From Xenococcaceae cyanobacterium MO_234.B1 (GTDB lineage Bacteria > Cyanobacteriota > Cyanobacteriia > Cyanobacteriales > Xenococcaceae), in assembly GCA_030064915.1 (NCBI GenBank), contig JASJEK010000081.1:1-24000 (forward strand): DNA of 24,000 bases, in the 5' to 3' direction. A program made the translations under genes and the position numbers. This document shows, in pieces, positions 7,292 through 16,136 of this stretch. Numbering within the stretch: position 1 is the first letter of the stretch; every line of letters begins with the position of its first letter. The notes beneath the pieces are model-generated. The model was not told the origin of the DNA and did no database searches. It saw only the letters and a list, made by a program, of their open reading frames with translations.

Positions 7292-8689
7292 ATGACAGAA
7301 TCTAACTATCGTATTGAAAAAGACTCTATGGGAGAAAGACAACTTCCCCATGAAGTTTATTATGGAATTCAGACTCTCAGAGCTACAGAGAATTTTCCCA
7401 TTAGTGGGATTAAACCTTTACCTACCTATGTTGATGCTTGCTTACTGATTAAAAAAGCAACTGCGCTCGCCAATGGTGAATTAAACTGTATTGACCAAGA
7501 TATTAGCAATGCCATAGTACAAGCTACAGACGAGATTCTACAAGGTCAATTGCGAGATCAGTTTGTGGTGGATGTCTATCAAGCTGGTGCTGGAACTTCT
7601 CATCACATGAATGTTAATGAAGTATTGGCAAATCGCGCTTTAGAAATTTTGGGACAAGAGAAAGGAAACTACAAAGTTGTGAGTCCCAACGATCATGTTA
7701 ATTATGGTCAATCTACTAATGATGTAATTCCCACTGCTATCAGAATTGGGGCATTATTGGCATTAGAACATAGTTTATATCCTGCCTTAAATAATGCGAT
7801 CGCAGCAATGAGAGCCAAAGCAGAGGAGTTTCAAGACATAGTTAAATCGGGACGTACCCATCTGCAAGATGCTGTTCCAGTAAGGCTAGGAGAGGGTTTT
7901 CGTGCTTGGGAACAGATTTTAACGGCTCATCAGCAAAGAATTGCTACTGCGGAAAAAGACCTTTATCTTCTGGGTTTAGGGGGGAGTGCTGCTGGTACAG
8001 GATTGAATACTCATCCCCAATATCGCTATCGAGTTGCAGAGTTACTAGCAGATTTTATTAAGAAGCCATTGGGGTCTGCACCCCATCTTATGGCAGCTAT
8101 GCAGAGTATGTCGCCTTTTGTCAATGTTTCTGGCTCTTTACGGAACTTAGCTCAGGATTTAGTTAAGATTTCCCATGATTTAAGATTAATGGATTCGGGA
8201 CCTCAAACAGGCTTTAAGGAAATACAATTACCACCAGTCCAGCCAGGGTCTTCTATTATGCCAGGAAAATACAATCCTGTAATGGCAGAGATGACTTCCA
8301 TGGTATGTTTTCAGGTGATGGGTTATGATACGGCGATCGCCTTTGCGGCTCAAGCAGGACAGTTAGAATTAAATGTGATGATGCCTTTGATTGCTTATAA
8401 TTTAATTCACAGTATTGAAATTTTGGGCAATACGATAGCTGCTTTAAGTAAGCGTTGTTTAACTGGAATTACTCCTAGACGCGATCGCTGTTATCATTAT
8501 GCAGAAAGCAGTTTGGCTCTTGTCACTGCCCTTAATCCTCATATTGGTTATCTGAATGCTGCTGCTGTGGCAAAAGAATCTTTAGAAACGGGTAAGTCTA
8601 TTCGGGAAATAGTATTAGCCAAAGGTTTAATGAGTGAAACCCAATTAGCTGAAGTTCTTGATTTAGAAAAAATGAGTCAAATAACTTGA
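7292..8689 (+). CDS. aspA: aspartate ammonia-lyase (class II fumarase/aspartase superfamily)
   Basis: 465 aa. RIEKDSMGERQLP..YYGIQTLRATENFPISG, DVYQAGAGTSHHMNVNEVLAN, QSTNDVIPTA and the signature GSSIMPGKYNP. The N-terminal and QSTND motifs resemble AspA more than FumC (FumC has WQTGSGTQ and QSSND). Confidence 0.8.
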   Translation: MTESNYRIEKDSMGERQLPHEVYYGIQTLRATENFPISGIKPLPTYVDACLLIKKATALANGELNCIDQDISNAIVQATDEILQGQLRDQFVVDVYQAGAGTSHHMNVNEVLANRALEILGQEKGNYKVVSPNDHVNYGQSTNDVIPTAIRIGALLALEHSLYPALNNAIAAMRAKAEEFQDIVKSGRTHLQDAVPVRLGEGFRAWEQILTAHQQRIATAEKDLYLLGLGGSAAGTGLNTHPQYRYRVAELLADFIKKPLGSAPHLMAAMQSMSPFVNVSGSLRNLAQDLVKISHDLRLMDSGPQTGFKEIQLPPVQPGSSIMPGKYNPVMAEMTSMVCFQVMGYDTAIAFAAQAGQLELNVMMPLIAYNLIHSIEILGNTIAALSKRCLTGITPRRDRCYHYAESSLALVTALNPHIGYLNAAAVAKESLETGKSIREIVLAKGLMSETQLAEVLDLEKMSQIT

Positions 8690-8757
8690 GTTCGGAGTTC
8701 AGAGTGCCCTTCGGGATCCCGCTACGCGTACGGAGTTTAGAGTCAATGGCATCAAGA

Positions 8758-8997
8758 CTATTTCTGGGAAGAAATAGAATTAGTATTAGCGATCACCCTT
8801 GGAGTGCGGAGAAATAGTAATACTAATAAAGCTAACAGATGCACTGACCAGTGAGACACTACCAAACCCCAAACTATACAAGCTAGAGCCATTACCACTG
8901 CTAGTACAGCAAAAATATCGTTATTAGTCCGTAAATACCAAATAACACTTCCTAGAGTAGTTGCCAACATGAGGAGAGGGAAGACGGGAAGAATCAT
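8758..8997 (-). CDS. small hydrophobic membrane protein (79 aa)
   Basis: Start moved to Met14 of the track ORF, because AAGGAG lies 7 nt upstream of that ATG (complement of 8997-8995). Two to three predicted TM helices. No recognised family. Confidence 0.5.
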   Translation of the reverse strand: MILPVFPLLMLATTLGSVIWYLRTNNDIFAVLAVVMALACIVWGLVVSHWSVHLLALLVLLFLRTPRVIANTNSISSQK

Positions 8998-9215
8998 AGC
9001 GATCTCCTTTTGAGTCGTTAGGTTTATGACTACCAAAAAAGTGCTATCCCAAAGAAAAACACTTTATTACCTTTTCTGTTTTAACTTTACACTAACTTGA
9101 TTGAGAATTTGGTTTGCTAAGTCCTGAAAATACTAATATTTTTAATCTTCTTTGTATAACTTAATATATACGTGAGTTGGAAATTCGGAGTTATGATTTT
9201 TTTTTTCGAGAGAAT

Positions 9216-9312
9216 GGGCGAAGACCCAGCGTCGCCGTCAGGACGGGGCGTATAAACTGAGGAGAAAACCTCCTCGTGATGCGCCCCTCTGCAAGGGAAC
9301 GCTTCGCCAAGA
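9216..9312. repeat. GC-rich nested imperfect hairpin, MITE-like / small dispersed repeat
   Basis: Nested complementary pairs: ggcgaag 9217-9223 / cttcgcc 9302-9308; gacggggcg 9242-9250 / cgcccctc 9282-9289; gaggag 9259-9264 / ctcctc 9270-9275. GC-rich island in AT-rich intergenic DNA. Confidence 0.6.
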
Positions 9313-9330
9313 AATTCCGACATTTGGAAA

Positions 9331-10857
9331 TCAGGAAATTTCCGAGTTTTTAACTGGGTCGAACTCACTTTGATTCAGAAATTCTACTAACCAGTTTTTC
9401 AGATAATAAGTAGCATAGCAATCATCTTCGTTGTAACTCAAAATTGCATCGAGAAAAGTTCGATCCTTAGTGGTCAGCCAGCTATCATACCAGCAAACAG
9501 ATTGATCCCCACTACCTTCTGCTTCGCGCCACTCAAAACCTAACCAATTAGCTAGAGACTTTAGAGAATAGCTTTCTACAGGAAGAATTACAGTTTTAGT
9601 AACCCAATGATGTAGATCGACAAAGCGAGATAATAAGACTTGAGTGGATGATTTAGGAGTCTGATAAAGCCCTGCTAAACGTTTTATAGTTTCTACTTCG
9701 TATTCTGAAAAATGGAAAATTTTTGCCTCTGGGTATAAACTCACAAATTCCCAAAATTGTTGCCAAGCTTGGGCTTCTTCTGTGGGATGTTCTGCTAGAA
9801 AAGGATAAAATTTCTTGGTATTGTGTATTCGATCTACTAACAACACTCCTAAAAGATAGTCAACTTGGCGATCGGGTTCTGCTTCAATATCAAAATACAA
9901 TTCAATAGGAGAAGTAGGAGGCAGATGTTGAAGATTGTAATCGGCTCTAATCATCGCTTTTTCAAGTAGTAAAGACTGGGTTTGTTGTTTAAGCAAAACA
10001 GCGACAGTTTTACCGATTTTTTCTTCTAGATGATCTTGGGAAACTGCTGCGATAGATTCTAAGTTATCTAATCCCATCCCAATCAGAGATTCATAGCGTT
10101 TAGGGGTAATTCCAGGAATTAAAGATAGGTGTTGTTGTGATTTAGCTAGGTTGTAACAATGACTGTACCAATTACAAAGACTACACCTTTGACGAGAGAT
10201 AAATACTTCTGGCTCTTGTTTAGCCATTAACATCGCAATACATTCAGCTACAATACTGTGCATTCTCTCTAGCCAGTAGTCTAACTGAATCTGATAAGTG
10301 TTTTGTTGGCGGAGAATTAATTGAGATTGAGGTGGTAACACTCCCTGAATTGCAGCTAACATTTGAGCATGGTAAGCAGCAATAAGTTTATACTCTGGTT
10401 TGGGACGGCGACCTAGTTTAATATTGATGGGAATATACAACCAATCACCAAAAATAGATTTTCCTGGTCTTTTAATGAGTAAAGTTGGTTTTCCAAGAAA
10501 GGCAATGTTTGCTTGGTTTGAGTCATCATTATGATCTTTATTATGATCTTTTATGGCAATAGAAGTTTGCCATTGAGAGAGAGAAAGATATAAGCTACCT
10601 CCATAAATACACTCTACCCCTTGCTCCATTAACTCTTTCGTTTGCTGCCAATTAAGTAACCAATTTTTGCCCTTGGGTCTTTGATAAACTAAAGACTTAG
10701 ATTCTAGGGTATTGGCAATATGAAGTTGATTTTCTCTTTTGAGTTTGAGGAGAAATTCTTTTTCAGGGTCTTGTTCTTCTCGATTACCATATACTTCTAG
10801 GTAAGTCCGCCGACGACAGCGTTTATAGTTGAGCAATAATTGGTCGGTTAAAAGCAT
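9331..10857 (-). CDS. RecB-family nuclease, TM0106-type (Cas4-like N-terminal domain + RNase H-like C-terminal domain)
   Basis: 508 aa. N-terminal Cys (YKRCRRRTYL) plus CSLCNWYSHC (C-x2-C-x5-C) gives a Cas4/AddB-type Fe-S ligand pattern. C-terminal YFDIEAEPD, FHFSEYEVETI and YNEDDCYATYYL form DEDD/RNase H-like motifs. Confidence 0.75.
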   Translation of the reverse strand: MLLTDQLLLNYKRCRRRTYLEVYGNREEQDPEKEFLLKLKRENQLHIANTLESKSLVYQRPKGKNWLLNWQQTKELMEQGVECIYGGSLYLSLSQWQTSIAIKDHNKDHNDDSNQANIAFLGKPTLLIKRPGKSIFGDWLYIPINIKLGRRPKPEYKLIAAYHAQMLAAIQGVLPPQSQLILRQQNTYQIQLDYWLERMHSIVAECIAMLMAKQEPEVFISRQRCSLCNWYSHCYNLAKSQQHLSLIPGITPKRYESLIGMGLDNLESIAAVSQDHLEEKIGKTVAVLLKQQTQSLLLEKAMIRADYNLQHLPPTSPIELYFDIEAEPDRQVDYLLGVLLVDRIHNTKKFYPFLAEHPTEEAQAWQQFWEFVSLYPEAKIFHFSEYEVETIKRLAGLYQTPKSSTQVLLSRFVDLHHWVTKTVILPVESYSLKSLANWLGFEWREAEGSGDQSVCWYDSWLTTKDRTFLDAILSYNEDDCYATYYLKNWLVEFLNQSEFDPVKNSEIS

Positions 10858-10925
10858 CGCATTATCGCATTATTAAGGAAAGGAAAGAGTCAGGATTCAT
10901 CATTAATTAACTATGACAATTAACT

Positions 10926-12110
10926 ATGACCAGTAATTTAGGGAAAATCCCCATTGAACAACATCGAAAACAATTTCCAGGATTGGCTAATAAAACCTAT
11001 TTTAACTTTGGTGGTCAAGGGACTCTACCTGAATCGGCTCTAGAGGCGATCGCAAATACTCATCGCTATATTCAAGAAATAGGACCGTTTTCCGAGAAAA
11101 TTAATAACTGGTTACAGGCAAAAACCGCTTTAACGAGACAGATCATTGCCGAAGAATTGGGGACAACAGCTAATAATATTACTCTGACTGAAAATGTTAC
11201 TGCTGGCTGCAATATTGCTTTGTGGGGAATAGATTGGCAACCAGGAGATAGTATTCTGATGTCTGACTGTGAACATCCTGGGGTAATTGCTGCGGTGACA
11301 GAAATATCCCGCCGTTTTGCTGTAAAAATCGAAATTTGCCCCATTTTGCCTACTCTGAATCAAGGCGATCCTGTTGCCATAATTCAACAGTCTTTAACTC
11401 CTCGTACTCGTTTGGTGGTAATTAGTCATCTGTTATGGAATACTGGTCAAGTTTTACCCCTAAAAGAAATAGTCACTGTTTGTCACAACTATCCTACGGA
11501 TAAACACCCTATCCAAGTATTAGCAGATGCAGCCCAGTCTGTAGGGTCTTTACCTCTAAACTTACCAGAATCAGGAATTGACTACTATGCTTTTACGGGA
11601 CATAAGTGGTTATGTGGTCCTGCTGGAGTGGGAGGATTGTATATTAGTGAAGCTGCCTTTGCTACTTTGTATCCTACTTTTATTGGTTGGCGAGGAATAG
11701 ACACTGATTCTCAAGGACAACCTGAAAACTGGAAAGATAGCGGAGAGAAGTTTGAGATAGCAACTTCTGCTTATCCTGAATATGCAGGTTTAAGAGAAGC
11801 GATCGCCGTTCATCGGCAATGGGGAGATGCTCAACAAAGATACCAAAGAATTTGCCAGTTAAGCAATTATTTGTGGTCAAGTCTGCAAACAATATCGGGG
11901 GTGGAGTGTTTAAAAACTTCTCCTCCCGAAGCTGGTTTAGTATCTTTTAAAGTTCTTGGCAAAAGTAAGAGTCTAGTTAAAACTTTGGAAAAAAAAGGTT
12001 TTTTCCTCAGAACTATTGCTAATCCCGACTGCATTCGCGCTTGCGTCCACTATCTAACTCTCACGGAAGAAATTGATAATTTAGTTCAGCTATTATCTTC
12101 TTTAGTTTAG
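10926..12110 (+). CDS. aminotransferase class V-fold PLP-dependent enzyme (cysteine desulfurase / epimerase-like)
   Basis: 394 aa. ADAAQSVG and the PLP-lysine context FTGHKWLCGPAGVGGLY. Confidence 0.8.
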   Translation: MTSNLGKIPIEQHRKQFPGLANKTYFNFGGQGTLPESALEAIANTHRYIQEIGPFSEKINNWLQAKTALTRQIIAEELGTTANNITLTENVTAGCNIALWGIDWQPGDSILMSDCEHPGVIAAVTEISRRFAVKIEICPILPTLNQGDPVAIIQQSLTPRTRLVVISHLLWNTGQVLPLKEIVTVCHNYPTDKHPIQVLADAAQSVGSLPLNLPESGIDYYAFTGHKWLCGPAGVGGLYISEAAFATLYPTFIGWRGIDTDSQGQPENWKDSGEKFEIATSAYPEYAGLREAIAVHRQWGDAQQRYQRICQLSNYLWSSLQTISGVECLKTSPPEAGLVSFKVLGKSKSLVKTLEKKGFFLRTIANPDCIRACVHYLTLTEEIDNLVQLLSSLV

Positions 12111-12127
12111 TGTTTTGGTTAAGATAG

Positions 12128-13063
12128 ATGGCAACTATTGAAGAACTCAAACATAAAATTGCCACGGCAGATGATTTGCAGTCTGTGGTCAAAACGATGA
12201 AAGCCTTAGCAGCCGTAAGTATTCGCCAGTACGAAAAGGCAGTAGAATCGTTGACAGAATACAATCGCACCTTAGAAATGGGATTACAAATTCTACTTAA
12301 GCAGCGACCAGAAGTTTTATTAAAACAAGCATCTGCTGTCCCTCGCCGTTTTGGAATAGTAGCTTTTGGTTCTGATTGGGGAATGTGCGGTCAATTTAAC
12401 GAGCGGATTGCTAACTATGTTATTGAAAAAGTTGTGGAAAAAGTTGTTAAAAAAATCGAAAATTGGTCGCTTGGTAGTGAAAATAGGCTTATTTTGGCTA
12501 TTGGTTCTAAAGTATGCGATCGCTTAGAAGCAGCAGGACATAAATGTGAAGCCTGTTTTACCTTACCTAGTTCTATTGGGGGGATTACATCTACCATTCA
12601 AGAAATGGTTTTAATTTTAGAAAGATGGCGACGAGAAAACCTGGTGGAGGGAATTTTAGTTATCTACAACCAGATCGCTAGTGGTGCTACTTATCATCCG
12701 ACTGACTTACAAATTTTTCCTCTCAATTTAGAATGGCTGAAAAGTTTACAACAGCAGCAATGGGCATCTCGCAGTTTGCCTACTTTCACTATGGATGAAG
12801 ATAAGTTAGCAGCAGCTTTATTTCGTCAGTATTTCTTTGTTTCTCTCTATCGTGCCTGTGCCGAATCTTTAAAGAGCGAACATACCAGTCGTCTCACTGC
12901 GATGCAGATGGCAGAAAAAAATATTGTCGAGCGTCTAACCGAATTAAGTATGGAGTTAAATCATCAGCGTCAAACTATTATTACAGAAGAATTACTCGAT
13001 ATTGTTTCTGGTTTTGAAGCCTTAACCACTAACGCCAGCCTAGAAACCCAGAAATTTGACTAG
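12128..13063 (+). CDS. ATP synthase gamma-subunit-like protein (N-ATPase-type gamma), orphan
   Basis: 311 aa. N-terminus LKHKIATADDLQSVVKTMKALAAVSIRQYEKAVESL, central AFGSDWGMCGQFNERI and C-terminus TSRLTAMQMAEKNIVERL..LNHQRQTIITEELLDIVSGFEAL follow the three conserved gamma-subunit blocks. No other atp gene in the window. Confidence 0.7.
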   Translation: MATIEELKHKIATADDLQSVVKTMKALAAVSIRQYEKAVESLTEYNRTLEMGLQILLKQRPEVLLKQASAVPRRFGIVAFGSDWGMCGQFNERIANYVIEKVVEKVVKKIENWSLGSENRLILAIGSKVCDRLEAAGHKCEACFTLPSSIGGITSTIQEMVLILERWRRENLVEGILVIYNQIASGATYHPTDLQIFPLNLEWLKSLQQQQWASRSLPTFTMDEDKLAAALFRQYFFVSLYRACAESLKSEHTSRLTAMQMAEKNIVERLTELSMELNHQRQTIITEELLDIVSGFEALTTNASLETQKFD

Positions 13064-13406
13064 CTAATGTCAGAGAATCGAAGGGTTTATTAATCACACC
13101 TTTAGCACCTGCGGCGTAGAAGCGACGGCGATCGCTTGCTTGAGCTTTCGCGGTAATAAAAATGGTAGGAATATGCTTGGTCTTGGGGTTAACTTGTAGT
13201 TTGGCTAAAGTTTGTAGTCCGTCTAGTCCTGGCATCATCACATCTAAAAGAATCGCATCAGGCTGTTCGGATTCTGCGATCGCTATCCCTTCTATCCCAT
13301 TAGAAGCAGCAATCATTTCCCAACCAGCTTCTAATTCAAGACACAAACGAGCTAAGGTTTTGATGTCTTCCTCGTCATCGATAAATAAAATACGTTTAGC
13401 AGCCAT
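13029..13406 (-). CDS. single-domain response regulator (CheY-like receiver)
   Basis: 125 aa. DDE acidic pocket (FIDDEED), phospho-acceptor context AILLDVMMPGLDG and conserved Lys in FITAKA. Confidence 0.85.
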   Translation of the reverse strand: MAAKRILFIDDEEDIKTLARLCLELEAGWEMIAASNGIEGIAIAESEQPDAILLDVMMPGLDGLQTLAKLQVNPKTKHIPTIFITAKAQASDRRRFYAAGAKGVINKPFDSLTLASQISGFLGWR

Positions 13407-13469
13407 TAAGAATGAATTGCAAAAGAAATATAGACTATATCTGCTCTAGCTTACATCTCAAATATCTAA

Positions 13470-15602
13470 CTATTCAGAGATTTTAGATAAAATTAAATCT
13501 TTATGCTCGCTGACCTTTCCTTGCCAACCTGGTTCGATAATATTGGTGCCTGTCGCTTCAACAATAATAGCAGGAGAGTGAATTATATTCCCCGATCGCA
13601 ATTCTTCTCTTTGATAAACAGGGGTGTCTTGCCAAGTATCATTAGTGTACATTTTTACAGTACTAATTTTTACAGTACTAACAGGTTGAGGTTGAATATT
13701 TTTTGTTGGGGTTGGATCTGGTGCGATTGCTTCAGGTTGATAAGTAGGACAAATTAGTTCAATAGATACAGTTTCAATGATTAAATTTTTATCAGTAACA
13801 ATAAAGCCATAACGTTGTCGATGCAGAAATTCAAATTGTTGTTTCATATCTGTTAAGTTACCGCGATCAACAACTAAACTAAAATCTGTCCCTGTATATT
13901 TAAGATGTACTTTTCTCTTAATAGTTACTTGTTGATTTTCTATTTCTCCTTGGGCTGCTAGTTCTTGTTTGGCTAGTGTAATTAATTCTGAAAAGATAGT
14001 TTCAATTGCCTTTAAAGAAGTATTATTTAATATTGCTTCTACAGACTTTTCTTTAATAATTCTAATATCTGCTAAACCAATACCATAAGCAGATAATACC
14101 CCTGCATAAGGATGAATAAATATTTGCTTCATTCCCAAAACATCAGCAATCAAACAAGCGTGTTGTCCTCCTGCACCACCAAAACAACATAGAGTATATT
14201 CTGAAACATCATAACCTTTTTGAAGGGAGATTTTTTTGATCGCATTTGCCATATTATTGACTGCGATCGCAAGAAATCCTGAAGCAATTTCTGCTTCGTT
14301 TCTGCCGTCATTAATTTCGTGAGTAAGCTGCTGAAACTTTCTAATTACTATCTCTTTATCTAGAGGAAGATCGGCATTTTTACCAAAAACTTTGGGGAAA
14401 AATTGGGGTTGCAATTTACCAACCATCACATTACAATCAGTTATGGTAAGCTGCCCCCCCTTGCCGTAACAAGCAGCACCAGGGTTAGAACCAGCAGAAT
14501 CAGGCCCTACACGATACCTATTACCATCGAAATGTAAGATAGAACTTCCTCCTGCTGCTATAGTGTGAATTGCCATCATTGGCGATCGCAATCTAACCCC
14601 AGCTACTTCTGTTTCAAAGTTTCGTTCATACTCTCCTCGGTAGTGACTAACATCAGTAGAAGTCCCTCCCATATCAAAACTGATAATTTTTTTAAACCCA
14701 GCTATCTCAGAAGTTTTCACTGCACCTACAATACCTCCAGCAGGGCCAGAAAGAATGCTATCTTTACCTTTAAATAAATCTGCATCAACTAATCCACCAT
14801 TGGACTGCATAAACATTAATTTAGTTGATGTTATTAATTTAGTTGATGGTTGTTGGTTGGTTGTAGGGACGAAAAGCCTTTCGCTCTTAAAGTTGTATAG
14901 ATTACTTTTTACTTGTTCTACATAGCGACGCAAAATAGGAGAAAGATAAGCATCAACTACCGTAGTATCCCCCCTGCTAACAAATTTAATTAGAGGGCTG
15001 ACTTGATGGGATACAGATATTTGAGTAAAGCCGATTTCTTGTGCAATTTCCCCTACTTCTAGCTCATGATTAGGATAGCGATAAGAGTGCATAAAAACAA
15101 TGGCACAGCTACGAATACCCCGATCAAAAGCTATCTGTAAATCTTGTTTTACTTGTTCTCTATTAACTGGTTGTAATTCCTCTCCTTGGGCATTGTAACG
15201 CTCTGCAACTTCAATAACTGTTTCATAGAGCATTTCTGGTAGAGTAATCTGCAAAGCAAAGAGATCAGGACGGTTTTGATAGCCAATACGCAACCCATCC
15301 TTAAAACCTCTAGTAGTGACAAAAACAACTCTCTCTCCTTTCCTTTCCAATAAGGCATTAGTAGCTACTGTTGTTCCCATCTTCACTACTCCTATTATTT
15401 CTGTAGGAATAGGTTGATCTTTCTTAATGCCTAAAATATCTCTAATTCCCTGTATGGGAGCATCTTCATACTGTTCAGGATTATCTGAGAGAAGCTTATC
15501 GACAATAATTTTTCCTTGGGGAGATTTAGCGACGATATCAGTAAAAGTACCTCCGCGATCAATCCAAAATTGCCACCGTGGGGAAGAGTTAACAGAAACC
15601 AT
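13470..15602 (-). CDS. hydantoinase/oxoprolinase family protein (HyuA-type, A subunit only)
   Basis: 710 aa. N-terminal WQFWIDRGGTFTDIV, FDMGGTSTDVS and FGGAGGQHAC ATP-binding motifs. No HyuB partner adjacent. Confidence 0.85.
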   Translation of the reverse strand: MVSVNSSPRWQFWIDRGGTFTDIVAKSPQGKIIVDKLLSDNPEQYEDAPIQGIRDILGIKKDQPIPTEIIGVVKMGTTVATNALLERKGERVVFVTTRGFKDGLRIGYQNRPDLFALQITLPEMLYETVIEVAERYNAQGEELQPVNREQVKQDLQIAFDRGIRSCAIVFMHSYRYPNHELEVGEIAQEIGFTQISVSHQVSPLIKFVSRGDTTVVDAYLSPILRRYVEQVKSNLYNFKSERLFVPTTNQQPSTKLITSTKLMFMQSNGGLVDADLFKGKDSILSGPAGGIVGAVKTSEIAGFKKIISFDMGGTSTDVSHYRGEYERNFETEVAGVRLRSPMMAIHTIAAGGSSILHFDGNRYRVGPDSAGSNPGAACYGKGGQLTITDCNVMVGKLQPQFFPKVFGKNADLPLDKEIVIRKFQQLTHEINDGRNEAEIASGFLAIAVNNMANAIKKISLQKGYDVSEYTLCCFGGAGGQHACLIADVLGMKQIFIHPYAGVLSAYGIGLADIRIIKEKSVEAILNNTSLKAIETIFSELITLAKQELAAQGEIENQQVTIKRKVHLKYTGTDFSLVVDRGNLTDMKQQFEFLHRQRYGFIVTDKNLIIETVSIELICPTYQPEAIAPDPTPTKNIQPQPVSTVKISTVKMYTNDTWQDTPVYQREELRSGNIIHSPAIIVEATGTNIIEPGWQGKVSEHKDLILSKISE

Positions 15603-15663
15603 ATACCATATTAAGTAAAGTAGTATAGCAATACGTCAGAAGGTTAAGACATAGGATTTAAAG

Positions 15664-15689
15664 TAGGGGCTTTTCGCGAAAAGCCCTTA
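15664..15689. terminator. GC-rich palindromic hairpin (core gggcttttcgcgaaaagccc), possible terminator downstream of hicB
   Basis: 20-bp perfect palindrome at 15667-15686, flanked by a further near-complementary pair aggttaagac 15641-15650 / gtcctaacct 15703-15712. It lies between the hicB stop and the hyuA start. The U-tract is weak. Confidence 0.4.
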
Positions 15690-15773
15690 CAGAATTTGAT
15701 TTGTCCTAACCTAAATTTGTAGGGCTATAGTGCAAAATTAAGTTACTGATAATTACTCCATTGAGGAAGAGAT

Positions 15774-15794
15774 AATTATCAATTATCAATTATC
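15774..15794. repeat. 3 x AATTATC heptamer array (STRR-like)
   Basis: Read directly, immediately downstream of the hicB stop. It shares the 14-mer caattatcaattat with 19520-19533. Confidence 0.8.
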
Positions 15795-15803
15795 TAAGTC
15801 CTT

Positions 15804-16136
15804 TTACTTGAGTTGGCTGTTAATGTAGTGGTTAATAGAAACTCCTTGTGCTTTGGCTTTCAATGCTATCTCTCGATGTTTTTCGGGGGTCATTCTCAGG
15901 TTAAGTTTACCACTAAATTCCCGCAGGTTAAACGGTTTGGGAATTTCGTCTCCGTCTTCTTCTAGCATCAAAAGATGAACTCTAGTTCCTTCCTTGATTG
16001 CTTGGATAGCCTCTTCTTGTGTGTCGCCATGCGCCATGATACCAAGTTCAATACACTTTGCTACATAAGCTTTATCTTCTGAGGAGTACTCGACAAGATA
16101 GGAGTAGAGTTTTACATATTCTGAAATATTACTCAT
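15804..16136 (-). CDS. hicB: type II antitoxin HicB family (RNase H-like fold N-domain + RHH DNA-binding tail)
   Basis: YVAKCIELGIMAHGDTQEEAIQAIKEGTRVHLLMLEEDGDEIPKP, then FSGKLNLRMTPEKHREIALKAKAQGVSINHYI (ribbon-helix-helix). Start placed at Met5 of the track ORF (16136): GGAGAAG lies upstream, and its ATG overlaps the hicA stop as ATGAGTAA. Confidence 0.8.
   Translation of the reverse strand: MSNISEYVKLYSYLVEYSSEDKAYVAKCIELGIMAHGDTQEEAIQAIKEGTRVHLLMLEEDGDEIPKPFNLREFSGKLNLRMTPEKHREIALKAKAQGVSINHYINSQLK

Noticed and set aside
9117-9368. 83-aa ORF on the - strand
   Set aside because: It is a translation of the GC-rich MITE-like hairpin plus AT-rich spacer. It overlaps the 3' end of the nuclease gene and has no plausible RBS or protein-like composition.
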